Shown: in pieces, positions 23,644 to 34,797 of the stretch | Numbering within the stretch: position 1 is the first letter of the stretch | How the letters are laid out: each line of letters begins with the position of its first letter | NCBI GenBank assembly: GCA_964035575.1 | Contig: OZ037838.1 | Location: 186,001 to 250,000, forward strand | Origin: Rhynchopus sp. YZ270_cl-10 | Lineage: Eukaryota | Direction of reading: 5' to 3' | DNA: 64,000 nt | Translations under genes and position numbers: made by a program | Notes under the pieces: generated by a model | Told to the model about the DNA's origin: nothing | Seen by the model: only the letters and a program-made list of their open reading frames with translations | Databases searched by the model: none

Positions 23644-25565
23644 TGTTTTCTGTATCAGGATCCTTTGTGTTTAACGCACTGTGATGTGGTATGTTGGTAG
23701 ACGTGGAAGGATGTGGGAGTAGAATTGATTTGGTTGAGACACACAAATGTGTCGGTTCTGCCCGTATGCTGTGTCACATCGTTGATTCTTCTTTCCCTGC
23801 GTTGACTGCAGGAAAGTAGTACATCACGACCAGGAGTATGAAAAAATGAAAGCAGAAACTTTTAAAACTATACATTTTATTGTCCCTTTTGTCAAAATCT
23901 CTTTGTTTTGCCATTGTCTGTTTTTTCTACATTTTTTGTTTTTCTTATTGTAAAATGGCCACCGAATAAGTTTACCCCCAAGTAATAGCTATGGTGATTC
24001 GCACTTCTTGCGCAATTTTTTCACCCCAAAATCTTAACGTACACTCTCTGTTGATTCTAAAACGGGGGAGGGTAACAAAGCGCGAAAGGTAAATTGGGGA
24101 AGAGGTTGAAAAGTTGGAACGCTTCCTCACCCCAGATCACACTACAATACAAAGGTTTGGGTTTGAATAGGGTGGGTTCTTCTGACGATGAAAACTATTC
24201 CTAACGTCTTCTTCTTTTTTCTTTTTTTGAAAACTTGGTTGTATTAGTGTAGACACCCGAGGATGAACTCCACTTTTTTTTTTTGAAAAAATAAATAAAA
24301 CTGCTCTCGAAATTGTTCAAGATTTTTTTTTTGAACTGAGAGAAAGAAGAAACCCCAGACCCTCCCAGACCAAACGGTCTAACCTGTTGTATTGACATAG
24401 TGTGGGGAGAATGAGGAGCACAAGAATCGTCTTCGCGCATACTAAAAGATCTCCTACGATATGTCACCAGTGTCATGTCCCCGAACACCAAAAAATTTCG
24501 AGGGCTGATGCGCACGTATTGCACACTTTTCACGCTATTAACTGTTTCAAACACCCAATAGCACTCAATGAGTTTGGAGAAGGTGAACCCAGGCCTCCTG
24601 TGTCAAAAAATAAGAGAAAAATTTAAAACATGATCCTAAGCCTCTCGTCCTTAGTCACCTTGAAAAAAAGGAGGGAAGGGTGGGCATCAAATGGAAGGAT
24701 CAAGCCTTGTAGAACACAAGGAAAGCATCAAAATGCAGCAATGAACGCGGTCCGGGGAGGGGGAAGAAGGGGCAGGGAGGGAGAGTTTTCAACTGTGCAA
24801 ATATTGGCGTCATACCCCTAGCATAAGGGACTAGGGAAAGAGGGTGAGGAATTGGCCAAGGGTTGTGAAGAGAAATTGGTCGGTTTCTCTCTGATTTGCT
24901 CTGGTTGAAGAGAGGGAAGGAAAAGGTGTTGGAAGTTACACTTACCAAGAGAGGGGGAGAAAAAAAAATGAATATTTTGGTTCTGTTTAAAAACATCTCT
25001 GTTTGCCACCTTTTTAACAAAAAAGAAAGAGGAAATGGCAAAGTGTCCATCCACTGTGACGAACTGAACCTGGAGACATGCAACTTATTTTGTGGGGAAG
25101 CACGTAGTATAAAGTAAAAGAAACGAGCGTTTTTTTCCGGGGGAAAATTTTTTTAATATACATCTGTAGACATCTGTAGTGGGTGTAATATGCAATTAAC
25201 AAATGACAAAATAATATTCGTGATAAACAAAAAAAAAGAGAAGTTGAAAGTGCAAACGCCTCACCGTTCATCGGCGGACGCAGGCACTAAAAAAAGACCA
25301 AACAAAACAAGAACGATTTAACAAAAAAAAAGAGTGAAAGTCAAATGCATACACCTACACACATATACACAGGGATATAGTAGATCTACAATTTATGTAC
25401 AATCCCTGTATTATCCCATATACACTAGATCGTACACCCTGGACCCACAGGTACCCAGAGTGGAAAAACAGTTTCGAGTCCCCCACGCCCCCCCCTACAG
25501 ATGGTACTTCTGGGGTGGACTGCCTGCGAGAAGCTGCACAAACACAACCTCTCGCAAAACATCAC

Positions 25566-26720
25566 TCAGTAGGGGTACAGATGTCTCGTCACAATAGTGT
25601 CTCGTTGGGTGTTCGTAAATAGTACCACACGTGAACACGGCGATATCGTAAACTCACTGCAGTTGTCGGAGTCCGGTATCACACGCACACAGGACATGGT
25701 AACCACATCGTACTGGCGCAGTAAAAACTTTTTGGCAACCATGTCCATCAACTGTACTACGAGATACTTCCCACACGGAGTGAACTGCAGGAGAGAAAAA
25801 TAGTCACCATAATTACCCGACTCCTTCTCAAAGCTGCCAAGAGCCGCACCACTCCAGTCATAGAGCTGAACTTTGTCAGAGTGCACGACAGCAAAGACAG
25901 AGGCAGACCGCGAAAGCGCCACTCCAAAGCTGCGTGCATGTATACGTGTGACAGCTTCACCTGTGTTCACATCCCACAGACGTGCCTTCCCACTGCGGGC
26001 GTAGGTGATCACCCACCCACCACAGTCCGACACTGCCCACGAGCTCATACACCCTTCGTGGGAGAGAGAGCGGAGCAACGTCAGGTCTTCGTCATACACA
26101 GAGACGCCGCCCCCGCCTCTGGAGAAAACAGCACCACCACGCGCGAACACTGCGTACGAGGTGCCGTCGACTTTGCGGAGCACCTCCCCACCCGGAAGCG
26201 CAACCTCGAGAAGACAATGTCTACTCATCAGGTAGCAGCGTGTCTGGCACCGTGAGATGGCAGGCGCACTGCACACCTCAAAGTCTACTTCGAACATGAA
26301 GGCAGGGCTGAAGGTTTCTGTATCGCGGCCGGTGATATAGCAAAAACGAGTCGACAAGTCGAAACTGGCTGTATTTAGTACAAAGAGGCAGAGTGCTCCA
26401 CAAGGAGACAGCGACGAGTAATGGATATTCATTTCCAGCTCGCGTTGTCCAGTTGGCACCTTGTCAGTGTACTCAGCAGGACACTTGATGTTGGCAAAGC
26501 GGCGGGCAAGCACAACCTGCACCCCTGCACCAAACGCAGTGTCCTGCAGACGGCACGTCCCCTCCAGCACCTGCGTGCCGATGCGCATCTCGACAGACGC
26601 AGGCGAGACAGCAAGCGCCGTGCACGCAACCTCCTTTGCCGCTGCAACCTTCGCCTCGCACGGCACCTCCACTGTCGCAGTCACGCCTGACTCTTCCAGC
26701 ACAAAGGTCACATCCATCAT
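25566..26720 (-). CDS. U10 UBL-WD40 propeller protein, 384 aa
   Basis: Paralog; YPY class with insertions in the first blade. Confidence 0.85.
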   Translation of the reverse strand: MMDVTFVLEESGVTATVEVPCEAKVAAAKEVACTALAVSPASVEMRIGTQVLEGTCRLQDTAFGAGVQVVLARRFANIKCPAEYTDKVPTGQRELEMNIHYSSLSPCGALCLFVLNTASFDLSTRFCYITGRDTETFSPAFMFEVDFEVCSAPAISRCQTRCYLMSRHCLLEVALPGGEVLRKVDGTSYAVFARGGAVFSRGGGGVSVYDEDLTLLRSLSHEGCMSSWAVSDCGGWVITYARSGKARLWDVNTGEAVTRIHARSFGVALSRSASVFAVVHSDKVQLYDWSGAALGSFEKESGNYGDYFSLLQFTPCGKYLVVQLMDMVAKKFLLRQYDVVTMSCVRVIPDSDNCSEFTISPCSRVVLFTNTQRDTIVTRHLYPY

Positions 26721-27339
26721 ATTGTTAAGGGCTCTGTTGTGTTTGATGTGATGGTTGGTGGTGTCACTTCGCCATGACGACAAATAAGAAGGTTGGTGGG
26801 TAAATTCGTGTTTCAACAAACTCTGACAAAGCGAGCAATTTGAAGACACCTTACAGTCTGGAATAATTATTTCCTGGAGTCGTCGGATTGATTTTCTTTG
26901 CCACGATTGTGCACAAAAAATACATGATGATTGTATTGTTTGGCTAAGTGGTGAAGAAGGAACAGGATGAGGATGTCAGGCAGTGCAGCTACCTCAGATA
27001 CTGTGCGTTTGGCAAGTTGCAGCGTCTGTGCATAACGTCCAGCTCAGGCGAAAAGAAATGAAATACCCCCCTTCTTTATTTATTCGTTGTTTGTTATTTG
27101 TTTATCGCATCCATCCTTTTTTTTTTTCAAACCCCAAAAGTCCCGAAAACCCGCGTCCTGAAGTACGGTGGAGAGGTGGAGCAAAAGGGGGGAAGGGGAA
27201 AACGATAAAACTCATGACAATCGCCGAGCGCGTCTTTCATTTCCAGACGTATTGCATACTCGTACAAAGAGAAAGTGAAACAATAAGTGACTCGAGATAC
27301 AATGCCTTGCCCTGGAAGTTCCCCTCCCCTGGTCACACA

Positions 27340-28464
27340 TCACTCACTGTTGTGTGGGTACAGATGCTTTGTCGCAATGACGCCATCTTGCGTAACCGCA
27401 ACAACACGTGAACACGGTGATATCGCAAAGGAAATGGAGTCGGGGAAAGAGCTTTGCGGTATCACACGCACACAGGACATGGTCGCCACATCATACTGGT
27501 GCAGGTATACATTGTAAACAGGCCATTGTCTGTCGTCATCATCAGATTCCTCAACAGGTATCCCCACCACAAGGTACTTCCCACATGGTGTGAACTGCAT
27601 GCCCTCGACATCCCCATCCACATCAACACTGCGAAGAGCCGCACCACTCCAATCAAACAGCTGCACGGTGTTCGAACCCCCCACAGCAAAGACAGAGGCA
27701 GACCGTGAAAGCGCGACTCCTTCGTACACCCACCCATGCATAGGCACACATGCCACAGCAACACCTGTGTTCACATCCCACAGACGCGCATTCTTCTCCT
27801 TGTTGGAGGAGGTGATCACCCACCCACCACAGTCCGACACTGCCGCTTTCGCACACCCTTCGTGCGAGAGAGAGCGGAGCAACGTCAGGTCTTCGTCATA
27901 CACAGAGACGCCGTCTGTGCCCTTCGAGGCAACAACACCACCACACGCGAACACAAAGTGCGAGGTGCCGTCGACTTTGCGGACCACCTCCCCACCCGGA
28001 AGTGCAACCTCGAGAAGGTGATCCCCATACGCCAGGTAGCAGCGTGTCTTGCACTGCGAGATGGCGGGCGGACCGTACACATCATTGTCCACTTCAAACG
28101 AGAAGACAGTGTCGAGGGTTTCTGTGTCGAAGCCACCAACATGCCCAGCCCTGCTACAATAGACGCAGAGCGTTCCACAACGCGACAGTGATAAGTCTCC
28201 CGTATGCGTTGCAGTGTACTCAGCAGGACACTTGATGTCGGCAAAGCGGCGGGCAAGCACAACCTGCACCCCTGCATCAAACGCAGTGTCCTGCAGACGG
28301 CACGTCCCCTCCAGCACCTGCGTGCCGATGCGCATCTCGACAGACGCAGGCGAGACAGCAAGCGCCGTGCACGCAACCTCCTTTGCCGCTGCAACCGTCG
28401 CCTCGCACGGCACCTCCACTGTCGCAGTCACGCCTGACTCTTCCAGCACAAAGGTCACATCCAT
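27340..28464 (-). CDS. U11 UBL-WD40 propeller protein, 374 aa
   Basis: Paralog with an acidic loop insertion (EESDDDDRQW). Confidence 0.85.
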   Translation of the reverse strand: MDVTFVLEESGVTATVEVPCEATVAAAKEVACTALAVSPASVEMRIGTQVLEGTCRLQDTAFDAGVQVVLARRFADIKCPAEYTATHTGDLSLSRCGTLCVYCSRAGHVGGFDTETLDTVFSFEVDNDVYGPPAISQCKTRCYLAYGDHLLEVALPGGEVVRKVDGTSHFVFACGGVVASKGTDGVSVYDEDLTLLRSLSHEGCAKAAVSDCGGWVITSSNKEKNARLWDVNTGVAVACVPMHGWVYEGVALSRSASVFAVGGSNTVQLFDWSGAALRSVDVDGDVEGMQFTPCGKYLVVGIPVEESDDDDRQWPVYNVYLHQYDVATMSCVRVIPQSSFPDSISFAISPCSRVVAVTQDGVIATKHLYPHNSE

Positions 28465-28690
28465 TGTTTTCTCTTCTTATGCTGAGTGATGAGGTGGGTT
28501 GCTTTGTTTTGTGTGTTTGTGATGGCTCCATTGTGTCTGTCGTTTCCACCAACAGAAGAGGGTTTTAACAAAGCAAAAGTGAAAAAGAGAAGTAAAGCGT
28601 GGTGTGGTCGTTAGCGTGAAAATGCTCGAGAGACTAGTTACTCTTTGCTTGTTGCTCAAAAGACTATAAACGGGGAGGGGGGGGGGGTTA

Positions 28691-29882
28691 GGGGAGGGTC
28701 ACTGTACTCGATAAATGCGATTTTTCCGATTTTGATCCTCAGAACCGCAGAAGTCCCCGAAAACTATACCAAACCACCTAGGGGACCCAAAAAACGCACC
28801 AGCGCCCCAGTTTTGACACAGAAACACTCAGATAATGCCTGAAATGCAATTTTTAAAAAATGCCTACAGAACTTGTACCTGCCCACCCCCGTAGATAGAG
28901 CAAATCACACATTCATCACGCCTCAGTGTGGGCCAGGGGCCAGAAAAGCCCCCAAAGCCACATATTTTCACCCCAGAACCTATCCCGAGGGGTACCCAGG
29001 CTGTTTCGGGGTGTTTAGAGGGACTTGGTGGAACTTAGAACCATGTTTCAAAAAGGGTACAAGTACTGTGCCAAGGGTTTTCCCACCCTAAGGTATCTGA
29101 AGCCGTCAAAAAACGTGAAGTAGGCAATAAATCAAAAAATACCCCCTGAGGTCAAAAAAACCACACCATAGGCCCATTTGGACCCCAAAAACCGAATTCC
29201 GCCCGGTTTTGGGCACTTTTAACCACTTCTGAGCGACTTTTTTGCGTTTTTTAAAAGTGACCACCAACTTGTACCTGCCCACCCCCCCTGTAGATAGAGC
29301 AACTCACACATCCATCACGCCTCAGTGTGAGCCAGGGGCCAGAAAAGCCCCCAAAGCCACATATTTTCACCCCAGAACCTATCCCGAGGGGTACCCAGGC
29401 TGTTTCGGGGTGTTTAGAGGGACTTGGTGGAACTTAGAACCATGTTTCAAAAGGGTACCAGTACTTGGTCCCTTGAGAGGGCAAACCCTTGGCACAGTAC
29501 TTGTACCCTTTTTGAAACATGGTTCTAAGTTCCACCAAGTCCCTCTAAACACCCCGAAACAGCCTGGGTACCCCTCGGGATAGGTTCTGGGGTGAAAATA
29601 TGTGGCTTTGGGGGCTTTTCTGGCCCCTGGCTCACACTGAGGCGTGATGGATGTGTGAGTTGCTCTATCTACGGGGGTGGGCAGGTACAAGTTCTGTAGG
29701 CACTCTTTTAAAATTGCATTTCAGGCATTATCTGAGTGTTTCTGTGTCAAAACTGGGGCGCTGGTGCGTTTTTTGGGTCCCCTAGGTGGTTTGGTATAGT
29801 TTTCGGGGACTTCTGCGGTTCTGAGGATCAAAATCGGAAAAATCGCATTTATCGAGAGATTTAACGTGCAGTGACCCTCCCC
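28691..29882. mobile_element. Element A: foldback-like non-autonomous element with ~350-bp inverted arms, flanked by TA
   Basis: TA|GGGGAGGGTCACTG...CAGTGACCCTCCCC|TA. Arms ~28691-29080 and ~29484-29882, with an extra internal partial arm copy at ~29266-29460. Confidence 0.85.
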
Positions 29883-29905
29883 TAGGCATACTTGTCCCCC
29901 CAATA

Positions 29906-30772
29906 TGGGGAGGCCCTATTCCCCCATATTTTGGTACCCTACACTTTCGTGGCAAATATGGGGGAAATATGGGGGGAATACAGCAGGAATACAGCAGGAA
30001 TATGGGGGAATATGGGGGATTATGGGGGAATATGGGGGTGTTTTCCTATTGTTTTCCTTGTGTACTATAGTGCACTGTGGTGCACAAAAGTGTACTAGTG
30101 TACTAGTGTACTAGTGTACTAGTGTACTAGTGTACTAGTGTACTAGTGTACTAGTGTACTAGTGTACTAGTGTACTAGTGTACTAGTGTACTAGTGTACT
30201 AGTGTACTAGTGTACTAGTGTACTAGTGTACTAGTGTACTAGTGTACTAGTGTACTAGTGTACTAGTGTACTAGTGTACTAGTGTACTAGTGTACTAGTG
30301 TACTAGTGTACTAGTGTACTAGTGTACTAGTGTACTAGTAAGTGGGCTACAGGTCAAACGCAGGGGCAATGCTAACCCGTCTGTGTCGAGGGCCTTATCG
30401 ATGGCACCGGAAGGCCCGATGTCGTGAAGCTTTGTGTTGAAACCATCTGGGCGGTTAGGCCTGCTGATGCCTGACACCGGTGGCAAAACAGGGGAGTCTG
30501 AGAGGAACTCATAATGGTACCCTTCTTTCTGCCCATACCAAAACATCAGCAGGTTTGCCCTTCTTATAGGGACTTACAACCATGTAATCCTCATGCGTCA
30601 GAGAAACGTCGGGTGGGTAGGTAAGTAACGTACAGAAGCAGTACACCAGTACACCAGTACATCTATTCCCCCATAAAAAATATGGGGGAAATATGGGGAA
30701 AATATGGGGGAATATGGGGGGGAAAATCCCCCATATTTCCCCCATATTTTCCCCATATTTTACCCCTCCCCA
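29906..30772. mobile_element. Element D: 867-bp non-autonomous element inserted into the left TIR of B, TA TSD
   Basis: TA|TGGGGAGG...CCTCCCCA|TA. The uninterrupted right TIR of B shows the empty site. Subterminal AATATGGGG/CCCCATATT repeats. Confidence 0.8.
30089..30339. repeat. (AGTGTACT)n perfect 8-bp tandem repeat, ~31 copies
   Basis: Directly visible. An inverted degenerate version (gtacacca) lies at ~30641-30660. Confidence 0.97.
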
Positions 30773-30845
30773 TACACGGCGGGGTCCGCACACCCCGAGG
30801 GTCCGTAAAACGGCATGTTAGGAGGGTCCCTCTTTACGGAGTGTC

Positions 30846-30984
30846 ATTACGTACCCTAGGGTACGTAATTACGGACCCTAGGGTACGTAATTTCGTACCC
30901 TAGGGTCCGTAATTACGTACCCTAGGGTCCGTAATTACGGACCCTAGGGTACGTAATTACGGACCCTAGGGTACGAAATTACGT
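30846..30984. repeat. Six 22-bp palindromic subterminal repeats ATTACG(T/G)ACCCTAGGGT(A/C)CGTA
   Basis: CCCTAGGG cores at 30854, 30876, 30898, 30920, 30942 and 30964. Further copies at ~36996-37017 and ~37535-37575. Confidence 0.93.
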
Positions 30985-31289
30985 GGGCTGGGTGCTTTTC
31001 GGACTCAAAAAAAAAAAAAATTTTTTTTTTTTTTTTGGGCCGACAAAAAAATTTGTTGGGGGGGAAAAATATTTATTTTGATCAAAATTCGTCTTGTACT
31101 ATAGTGCACTGGGTACACCAAAATAACCGTATTTTGCCTCAAAATTTGACCTCACAATCTTTTCTCGAACATGTATTTCTGGGGGTTTCTTTGGATTTTT
31201 TGGGCTATTTTAAGACCTACCACGGCAAATTTTGGGGGGGATAACAGCATCCTCAACATCAGTATTGCGTGCACGGCGTGGCATTGACC

Positions 31290-31325
<36 letters not shown>

Positions 31326-31848
31326 GAAACAAAAGGAACTGGGTATGACCTAAAACTGCATCCAGTCGTGGAGGTATGTTCCTAGTAGGTAGGGGGGGGC
31401 TCTATGATGGGATTCCTTTGACCGCGCGAAGGCCTTGTGCCAGGGACGTATGGGGGGATGAACTAGAGCCCTGCGACCGCCCGTGGGACAATACCTTTGG
31501 GGGGGATACATGAGCGACCCCGAGGTGGGCTCTAAGAGCACTCCTTACCCATAACGCACAGCTCCGTCGATGAGTAGGTATGGTAAGGGATTAACGTACC
31601 CAAAGTCGGCGCTCTCAAGACCCTATGGCGGACCCCGTTCGGCTTTGGCCTGGGGACGGGCACGGTGAAGGTGTGCCTATTACGGTAGGGGTGCCTGAAT
31701 CGGAGAGCCGCCACCTAAGAACATGATGAAAATAATATATTCAAGCTTGTCTTCTGGCCACTGCACACTTTTGTGTACGCGAATTGACGTCATGATTGAC
31801 ACCACCCACATAAAAAACACTTTGTTATTTACATCCGATTCCACGGAA

Positions 31849-31899
31849 ATTGGTCTTGTAAACCAAGGGTCGGGGGTTCGATCCCCCCAGTTGCCTCCA
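31849..31899 (+). pseudogene. 5'-truncated tRNA-Thr(TGT) fragment ending in CCA
   Basis: Anticodon arm TTGGT-CTTGTAA-ACCAA, variable loop GGGTC, T-arm GGGGG-TTCGATC-CCCCC, acceptor 3' strand AGTTGCC, discriminator T, then CCA. No D-arm or 5' acceptor strand upstream. Confidence 0.8.
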
Positions 31900-32299
31900 C
31901 GTCCTGGGCTGGACGTTAAATTGCATCCGGGGGCCCTTTTGTGGCACTCCTCCTGAAACTCTATGAAGGTCTGACCTGAGGGTAAAAGGTGCTGGGTATG
32001 CTACCCTGGGTGCTGAAGGCAGGCACACAACATGTGTGGAGGGACCTGCAGAGCCCTAGCCAGTGAAGCCAAGGAGGCCCCCCTAGGAAACTAGGGAACG
32101 GATTGGAAGAGACCTCGCCGGTAGCCGGGAACCCTCCCTGGGCTAGTACAATGATGAAACTTCAATCTAAAGTCCACACCCATGTGGCGGCCGCTTTGGC
32201 ATGCGTCTGTAAGGACAGCCTTGACTGATACTTTCTGTATTAGCACACGATTGCCTCCCTGAAGGCTACGTAGCTACCTGAGTACAAAAAAAAAAAAAA

Positions 32300-33192
32300 G
32301 GAAAATAAAAGGTAAGAAAGTGAAAGTCCTCATCAATGATGAGGGGGTGACACCATGCATGTTTAACCAATCTCATTTTGGTGCCACAGAAGAGTCCCAC
32401 GACCTTGGGAGGGAGTAATGCTTGATGTACTCCCCAGGAGGGCAGCTGGACTCTTCACCGAAGTCCCTCTGCAGCTTCAGGGTAACATCCCTGTCGCTTA
32501 CCTTTACCGAGCAGGTTTTAAAGGAAGAACTTCACTTTTAAAAAACCCCTCCACAGCCACACAGTGCAGCATGTTTGTGGTGTTCTTTGTTTTTGCCAGG
32601 TTTGGAAACTTGTGTATGCAGGTGCGGCAAGGGTTTTGGGTGTCATTGCTGTTGCAACCTCCTCCTCCTCGTCACTGTCGTCAGCTTCATTGCCAAGCTC
32701 TTCGTAGATGCTCAGCATGCTGCACTGCCTGTACTTGGGCAGCAAGCCCTGCATCATGATCTGATACACACCGTTGCGGGCGTTCTCATTCTCCCAAGCC
32801 CTGATCACAGTGTTGCTGAGTGTGACGCCAACGTAGCTCGTCTTATATTTTCCGCCCTGCCGCTTAGTGAAGGAGTACGTACACATTTGGTTTCTCATGC
32901 TTAGGGTTGTTCACGAGTTTCGCGTCCACTTTGTCGAGCTTATTCTGTTTGTTGTTCTTCTGCTTCTTCCCAAAAAGGATGGCCATGGCGGCGCTGGTGT
33001 TCGGGGTGTTCGTGGGGATACGTTTCCCCGTAACCTTCATCGACAACTTCCGGAATCTCGGCCCTTCCAGAACACACCGTCCTCCTCCTCTTTATCCGTT
33101 GATTTCCTCACCCAGCAGCAGAGGAAGTCGTGGAAGTATTCGGTGTCTAAAGAAGAAGCACTATCACGAGCGCGTTTTCCAGGTGTGCACAT
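32300..33192 (-). pseudogene. Inverted, deleted and frameshifted copy of the accessory gene 33422-34579
   Basis: ORF fragments MKVTGKRIPTNTPNT and YSFTKRQGGKYKTSYVG match the plus-strand gene. The flanks also match (32341-32380 vs 34560-34600). Confidence 0.9.
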
Positions 33193-33421
33193 GGTCAGGA
33201 AGACTTACTAAAGGAACTCTGTTGGGAGGTAGAAAAGCTGCTGATATTGAAGGGCCTGAAACAAATTGCAAAAACCCCCCTCCTTTTGTTTGTTTCATTT
33301 TCAAGAACAAAACAAAACAAAAAAAAAAGGAGGGGGGATTTTTGCAAATTGTTTTTCAGGCCCTTCAATATCAGCATCTTTCTACCTCCCAACAGAATTC
33401 CTTTGTTAATTCTTCCTGACC

Positions 33422-34579
33422 ATGCCTGGAAAACGCTCTCGTGGTGCTTCTTCTGATTTAGACGCAGAATACTTCCACGACTTCCTCTGCTGTTGGGTGA
33501 GGAAAGCAACGGATAAAGAGGAGGAGGACTCCGGCAAGACGGGGTGTGTTCTGGAAGGGCCGAGAATCCGGAAGTTGTTGATGAAGGTTACGGGGAAACG
33601 TATCCACACGAACACCCCGAACACCACCACCGCCATTGCCACGCTTTTTGGGAAGAAGCAGAAGAACAGCAAGCTGAACAAGCTCGAGAAAGTGGACGCC
33701 AGACTCGTGAACGACCCCAAGCACGCGAAACCGAATGTGTACTCCTACACTAAGCGCCAGGACAAAAAATGTGTGACGAGCTACGCTGGCCTCGTACTCC
33801 GTGACAGTGTGATCAGGGCTTGGGAGAATGAGAACAACACCCGCCACCCTGTGTATGACCTCATGATGCAGGGCTTGCTGCCCAAATACAAGCAGTGTAG
33901 CATGCTCAGCATCTACCAAGAGCTTGGCAAAGAAGCTGACGACAGTGACGAGGAGGACGAGGAGGAGGAGGAGGAGGAGGATGAGGAGGTTGCAACACCA
34001 ATGACACCCAAAACACCGACAACGCCCAGAACACAGAAAACACCGACAACGCCCAGAACACCCAAAACCCAGGATACAAAGAGAAGAAGAACAACGGGCG
34101 CAACCCCTGCCGCACCTGCATACACGTTTCCAAACCTGGCAAAAACAAAGAACACGACCAACATGATGCACTGTGTGGCTGTCGAGGGGGTTTTTAAAAC
34201 CTGCTCGGTAAAGGTAAGCGACAGGGATGTTACCCTGAAGCTGCAGAGGGACTTCGGTGAAGAGTCCAGCTGCCCTCCTGGGGAGTACATCAAGCATTAC
34301 TCCCTCCCAAGGTCGTGGGACTCTTCTGTGGCACCAAAATGCGTACCGTGGATGGGGGTCTTCTTCGAGGTGCGGGTTGCTTTGCTGCCCCCTGTTGACG
34401 TCTCAATAACTTGCGACTTCTCCATGGAAACCTTGATGTCACCTGATGTCGTCTCGCAGGTGGACTCTTTGCTTGGGGGTACTGCAGCGGAGGGTACTGC
34501 AGAGGAGGGGCCCGGTGGTGACGAAGACGTACACCCCGTAAGCGAGCCAATTACAATCAGCCAGAATGAGATTGGTTAA
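33422..34579 (+). CDS. Transposon accessory protein, 385 aa: putative winged-helix N-domain, acidic and TP-rich linker, Hsp20/alpha-crystallin-like C-domain
   Basis: Intact ORF inside element B. YTKRQDKKCVTSYAGLVLRD resembles the RFX/D5-type wing. VAVEGV..VKVSDRDVTLKLQR..GEYIKHYSLPRSWD..GVFFEVRV resembles an alpha-crystallin domain. Domain calls made by eye. Confidence 0.65.
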   Translation: MPGKRSRGASSDLDAEYFHDFLCCWVRKATDKEEEDSGKTGCVLEGPRIRKLLMKVTGKRIHTNTPNTTTAIATLFGKKQKNSKLNKLEKVDARLVNDPKHAKPNVYSYTKRQDKKCVTSYAGLVLRDSVIRAWENENNTRHPVYDLMMQGLLPKYKQCSMLSIYQELGKEADDSDEEDEEEEEEEDEEVATPMTPKTPTTPRTQKTPTTPRTPKTQDTKRRRTTGATPAAPAYTFPNLAKTKNTTNMMHCVAVEGVFKTCSVKVSDRDVTLKLQRDFGEESSCPPGEYIKHYSLPRSWDSSVAPKCVPWMGVFFEVRVALLPPVDVSITCDFSMETLMSPDVVSQVDSLLGGTAAEGTAEEGPGGDEDVHPVSEPITISQNEIG

Positions 34580-34797
34580 ACATGCATGGTGTCACCCCCC
34601 CTTTTTTTTTATCATTGATCATACTCATAAAAGTACCCTCTCTCCACACCCCATACTTTTGGCCTTGCTGTATCTATTTTCATCGCTCCTCCCTTCCCAC
34701 ACATCATCATCTCTACTTCAGGACTTTCACTTTCTTACCTTTTATTTTTCTTTCGTTTTGTTTTGTTTTGTTTCGTTTTTATTTTACTTTTGGGTCA

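Noticed and set aside
31849..32299. Complete tRNA-SINE with a poly-A tail, LTR primer-binding site, or ingi-type HDV ribozyme at ~32004-32073
   Set aside because: The A-run may be the inverted copy of the T-rich tract at ~34745-34790. No LTR TG..CA ends were found, and the ribozyme P1 pairing is absent.
34582..34797. N-terminal extension of the transposase ORF
   Set aside because: It is a translated pyrimidine-rich spacer; MPRRARN at 34798 is the more plausible start.
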